A stretch of DNA of 64,000 nucleotides from Ignavibacteriota bacterium (GTDB lineage: Bacteria > Bacteroidota > Ignavibacteria > Palsa-1295), in assembly GCA_963787835.1 (NCBI GenBank), contig CAWBEI010000004.1, forward strand, positions 96,001 to 160,000, in the 5' to 3' direction. The first letter of the stretch is position 1. Each line of letters begins with the position of its first letter. The notes beneath the pieces were generated by a model. The model worked only from the letters and a program-made list of their open reading frames with translations. It had not been told where the DNA came from and did no database searches. Of the stretch, positions 60,599 to 64,000 are shown piece after piece. The translations under genes and the position numbers were made by a program.

Positions 60599-60681
60599 GT
60601 AAGATTTTCTTACATATTTCGCATGCTTTTCCTCATTATTTCTCTGGTTCAAAGCGTATTTAATTCTGGCACAACCATAGC
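60599..60681 (+). promoter_or_regulatory. GTAAG-N5-CTTAC site plus sigma54 promoter of the MacAB-like operon
   Basis: GTAAGATTTTCTTAC at 60599-60613; TGGCACAACCATAGC at 60667-60681. Confidence 0.6.
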
Positions 60682-60708
60682 TATTGAAAAGATGAAAGTC
60701 AAACACAA

Positions 60709-61983
60709 ATGGCGGATCAAAATCAAATAATTAGCATTCCCAATTCGGGAACATCAGTGAACGTGCATGCTTCGAATGGTGTAGCACCAGCGTTGCGCGA
60801 GCCACTCTCGGATATGATCTCGCGCGAAGATACGCGCGAAAAAAGAAATCGAAAAATTCGATGGTTGCTCATCGCACTCATCCCGTTGGTAGGAATCGGA
60901 TTGTGGTATATGTTCAAACCGAAACCAGTGCCGCTCGCGCAACGCTTCAGAGTGGGCGTGGTCTCTAATGGTGGCGTGATTCGCGAAGTAAAAGCAACGG
61001 GAGATGTCGAAGCCGTAACGACGATCCAAGTTGGAGCTCAAGTTTCCGGACTGATCTCGAAAGTTCCTGTTGATTACAACACGGTCGTTCATGCTGGGCA
61101 GGTGCTCGCAAAGATCGATCCTACGCTCTATCAGGCTGAGTACGATCAGGCGAATGGACAATTTCTTTCCGCGGAGGCCTCACTCGATCAGGCAATTTCC
61201 AATCGCGATCATAGCGCTCGCGATCTCGCTCGAGCTCAGCAGTTATTCGAAAAACACCTTATCTCTGTATCCGATCTAGATACCGATACTTCCAATCTTC
61301 GGATCGCGGAAGAAACTGTAGCGGCTTCTCGAGCTTCTTTAGCCGCAGCAAATGGAAGCATGGAAGTTGCAAGAACGAATCTCCAATATTGCACCATCAA
61401 GTCTCAGATCAATGGTATCATTGTCTCCCGAAATATTGATTCCGGCCAAACGCTGGCATCGGTGTTTCAAACGCCCGTGCTCTATACTGTTGCAGCCGAC
61501 CTGAAGCAAATGCAGGTGGTTGCAGCAGTCGATGAGGCCGATGTAGGAGAACTTGTCGTGGGCCAGCTGGCAACGTTTACGGTAAATGCCTATCCTGATC
61601 GCATCTTTAAGGGCGTAGTAACCCGTGTTCGCAACGCTCCGGTCATCGTTGAGGATGTTGTTACGTACGGCACAGAAATTATCGTCGATAATTCCGATCT
61701 TGCTCTGAAGCCTGGCATGACGGCTACGGTCAGTATTGTAACAGCCACCTCGAAGAATCCGCTCAAAGTTCCAAATGCGGCCTTTCATTTCACCCCGCCG
61801 ACCGAAAAGGTCGATTCGGTTCACGGTGTCTGGACACTTGACCATGATTCGTTCCGACGCATCCATCTCACGCCTGGCGTTTCCGATGGCGAATGGACGG
61901 AAGTGGTCCGTGGGACGATCACGCTAGGAACTTCTGTGCTTCTTGAACTCACGCCCGATGGAAAGAAGGCGTATGCAAAATGA
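60709..61983 (+). CDS. MacA-like periplasmic adaptor
   Basis: VGAQVSG, VDYN, V.AGQVLA.ID, IKSQING, LKPGMTA. Confidence 0.92.
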   Translation: MADQNQIISIPNSGTSVNVHASNGVAPALREPLSDMISREDTREKRNRKIRWLLIALIPLVGIGLWYMFKPKPVPLAQRFRVGVVSNGGVIREVKATGDVEAVTTIQVGAQVSGLISKVPVDYNTVVHAGQVLAKIDPTLYQAEYDQANGQFLSAEASLDQAISNRDHSARDLARAQQLFEKHLISVSDLDTDTSNLRIAEETVAASRASLAAANGSMEVARTNLQYCTIKSQINGIIVSRNIDSGQTLASVFQTPVLYTVAADLKQMQVVAAVDEADVGELVVGQLATFTVNAYPDRIFKGVVTRVRNAPVIVEDVVTYGTEIIVDNSDLALKPGMTATVSIVTATSKNPLKVPNAAFHFTPPTEKVDSVHGVWTLDHDSFRRIHLTPGVSDGEWTEVVRGTITLGTSVLLELTPDGKKAYAK

Positions 61984-62737
61984 TGTTCATCCCCTAAATG
62001 GGAAGCACGCATCGTTCATGACGCGAGTTGCTTCCGTGACTCCCGGGCCACTGCTGTCCTTTCGCAATGTGTCAAAAGTCTATGGACAGCAAGCGGCAGC
62101 GGTGCATGCGCTCGATGCGGTTAACCTTGATGTTCACGAGGGAGAATTTGTTGCAATTACAGGTCCCAGTGGTTCGGGTAAATCGACCGCGCTGAGCATC
62201 TTTGGAATTTTGGAAACACCAACCACGGGAGAATATTGCATTGAGGGCGTTCCTGTCCAAAATCTTGTAAAAAATGTTCTAGCATTACTGCGCAACAGCC
62301 GTTTTGGTTTCGTGTTTCAACAGTTCAATTTACTTTCTCGCACGTCCGCGTTGGAAAATGTCACTCTGCCATTAGTGTATGGGGGAGTGGGTTCTCGTGA
62401 ACGCAATGCTCGAGCGCGAGAAGCGCTCGATTCGGTCGGTCTTCCCGGAAGATATGACGCGCATCCTAACCAACTTTCTGGCGGTCAGCAGCAGCGCGTA
62501 GCAATGGCACGAGCGATCGTAAATAATCCGTCGGTCATTCTTGCCGATGAACCAACCGGAAATCTTGATTCCAAAATGGGCAAGGAGATCATGCAGCTCA
62601 TCCAGAATCTGAATCGCGAGCGTGGTATTACCGTCCTTATGGTTACCCACGACCCCTCCTGTGCTGCATACGCAGGACGCGAAGTCTCCTTCCGCGACGG
62701 CAGGATCGAAAATGACATTTCAAGAATCAGAACATGA
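61973..62737 (+). CDS. MacB/LolD-family ABC ATPase
   Basis: GPSGSGKS, LSGGQQQR, ILADEPTGNLD, VTHD; start may be 61973 or the later MTRV ATG. Confidence 0.95.
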   Translation: MQNDVHPLNGKHASFMTRVASVTPGPLLSFRNVSKVYGQQAAAVHALDAVNLDVHEGEFVAITGPSGSGKSTALSIFGILETPTTGEYCIEGVPVQNLVKNVLALLRNSRFGFVFQQFNLLSRTSALENVTLPLVYGGVGSRERNARAREALDSVGLPGRYDAHPNQLSGGQQQRVAMARAIVNNPSVILADEPTGNLDSKMGKEIMQLIQNLNRERGITVLMVTHDPSCAAYAGREVSFRDGRIENDISRIRT

Positions 62738-63942
62738 CCGTCACCTCCACAATTCGGCTTGCCCAGTCTGCACTCTTGCGGAACAAGATGCGCTCGTTGC
62801 TCACGACGCTTGGCATGGTGATCGGTGTTGGTGCCGTCGTCATTATGCAATCAATGGGGGAAGGCGCGACGGCCTACATTGACGATCAGATCACCGGGCT
62901 TGGCGCCAATATGTTTATCGTAGTTCCGGGTACGACGCGAATTATGGGGGGCCAGAGCACCGGCGTGCCACTCTTCACCGTAGGTGACATGGAAACCATG
63001 CGACGGCGAGCGCATAGCATTCTGGATATCGCACCACTATGTAACCGCCCACTCCGCACGATGTACGGAACTAATTATCATAACACGGTGATCAATGGAA
63101 CCACCCCCGATTTTTTCCGCATTCGAAAATTTGTTGTAACCGAAGGCCGCGATCTGAGTGATGACGATGAGCGCACCGGAGCACTGGTATGCATTCTTGG
63201 CACCACCGTGCTCGATGCTCTTTTCGGAAGCCAAGACCCCATCGGGAAGGAAATTCGGATTCATAACCTACCGGTACGCGTCATCGGTGTCCTCGAATCT
63301 CGAGGGTCCATGCTCGGAATGGATGCCGATGATATTGTTTATATTCCATATAATACTTTCTCTCGACGCATCAGCGGGAATGATCGCATTGGCGCTATAA
63401 TGTTCAGCGCGGTCTCGCAGGACCGCAGCGATGATGCAAAAACCGAAGCACAGCAGATCTTCCGCCAACGCCGACATATCCTTCCCGGCGAGGATGATGA
63501 TTTCACTGTACGTGACCCCAAGGAAATGGCTTCCCTGCTCGATTCCGTCACAGGAGCGCTAACGATTCTTCTTTCTGGAATTGCTGCTATCTCACTGCTC
63601 GTCGGTGGGATCGGCATTATGAACATCATGTTAGTTTCGGTAACGGAGCGAACCCGCGAGATCGGCCTTCGGCTCGCCGTTGGAGCAACGTCAGCCGATA
63701 TTCTCATGCAATTTTTGGTCGAGGCCACGATACTTGCGACCCTCGGCGGAATGATCGGTCTCGTGCTCGGGCTTATCGGCTCAGCGGTCGTTGCAAATGC
63801 GATCAGTATTCCATTTATCATTCCGATCGCTTCGATCCCAATAGCCTTTGGAGTATCGGTGTTCATTGGAATTGTATTTGGGGTTGCGCCAGCTCGCAAA
63901 GCCTCACAATTGATTCCCCTGGATGCATTACGCTTCGAGTGA
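62734..63942 (+). CDS. MacB/FtsX-family ABC permease
   Basis: NKMRSLLT.LG..IG; VGGIGIMNIMLVSVTERTREIG. Confidence 0.95.
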   Translation: MTVTSTIRLAQSALLRNKMRSLLTTLGMVIGVGAVVIMQSMGEGATAYIDDQITGLGANMFIVVPGTTRIMGGQSTGVPLFTVGDMETMRRRAHSILDIAPLCNRPLRTMYGTNYHNTVINGTTPDFFRIRKFVVTEGRDLSDDDERTGALVCILGTTVLDALFGSQDPIGKEIRIHNLPVRVIGVLESRGSMLGMDADDIVYIPYNTFSRRISGNDRIGAIMFSAVSQDRSDDAKTEAQQIFRQRRHILPGEDDDFTVRDPKEMASLLDSVTGALTILLSGIAAISLLVGGIGIMNIMLVSVTERTREIGLRLAVGATSADILMQFLVEATILATLGGMIGLVLGLIGSAVVANAISIPFIIPIASIPIAFGVSVFIGIVFGVAPARKASQLIPLDALRFE

Positions 63943-64000
63943 TCTGGAACACTACACTTTGATCAAAACCAAATTCCCTGTAACCATACCTGAGGTGACT

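Overview
Bacterial chromosomal window, most consistent with an FCB-group organism. Three proteins carry type IX secretion (T9SS) C-terminal domains and there is a DUF5686 protein; a Kapabacteria/Ignavibacteria-like origin is an inference. Housekeeping genes include a partial ftsK, mltD, tRNA-Thr/Tyr/Thr, oppC, wcaJ-like, nadK, folD, ymdB and lolC/E. Accessory blocks are: an XRE regulator with a 1304-aa Gly-repeat fibre and a T9SS beta-propeller; an SSS transporter/GH15-like operon; a HepT-MNT toxin-antitoxin pair; an MTase-Mrr, PLD-nuclease and unknown-gene defence cassette; acyl-CoA synthetase (ADP-forming) with tyrosine phenol-lyase; two further T9SS cargo genes; and a stress island (Hsp20, baeRF, ppsA, SDR, USP, BON, MacAB-like). 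The most striking signals are: (1) several REP/REPIN-like palindrome families inserted in frame in protein-coding genes, including the signal peptides of two adjacent genes, where removing the insert restores a normal signal peptide; (2) T9SS paralogues with near-identical C-terminal DNA but different REP inserts at one site; (3) sigma54-type promoters paired with a GTAAG-N5-CTTAC palindrome across the stress island; (4) two related non-coding elements, each with a promoter at the 5' end and a hairpin at the 3' end. All calls are from manual reading; no database search was run.
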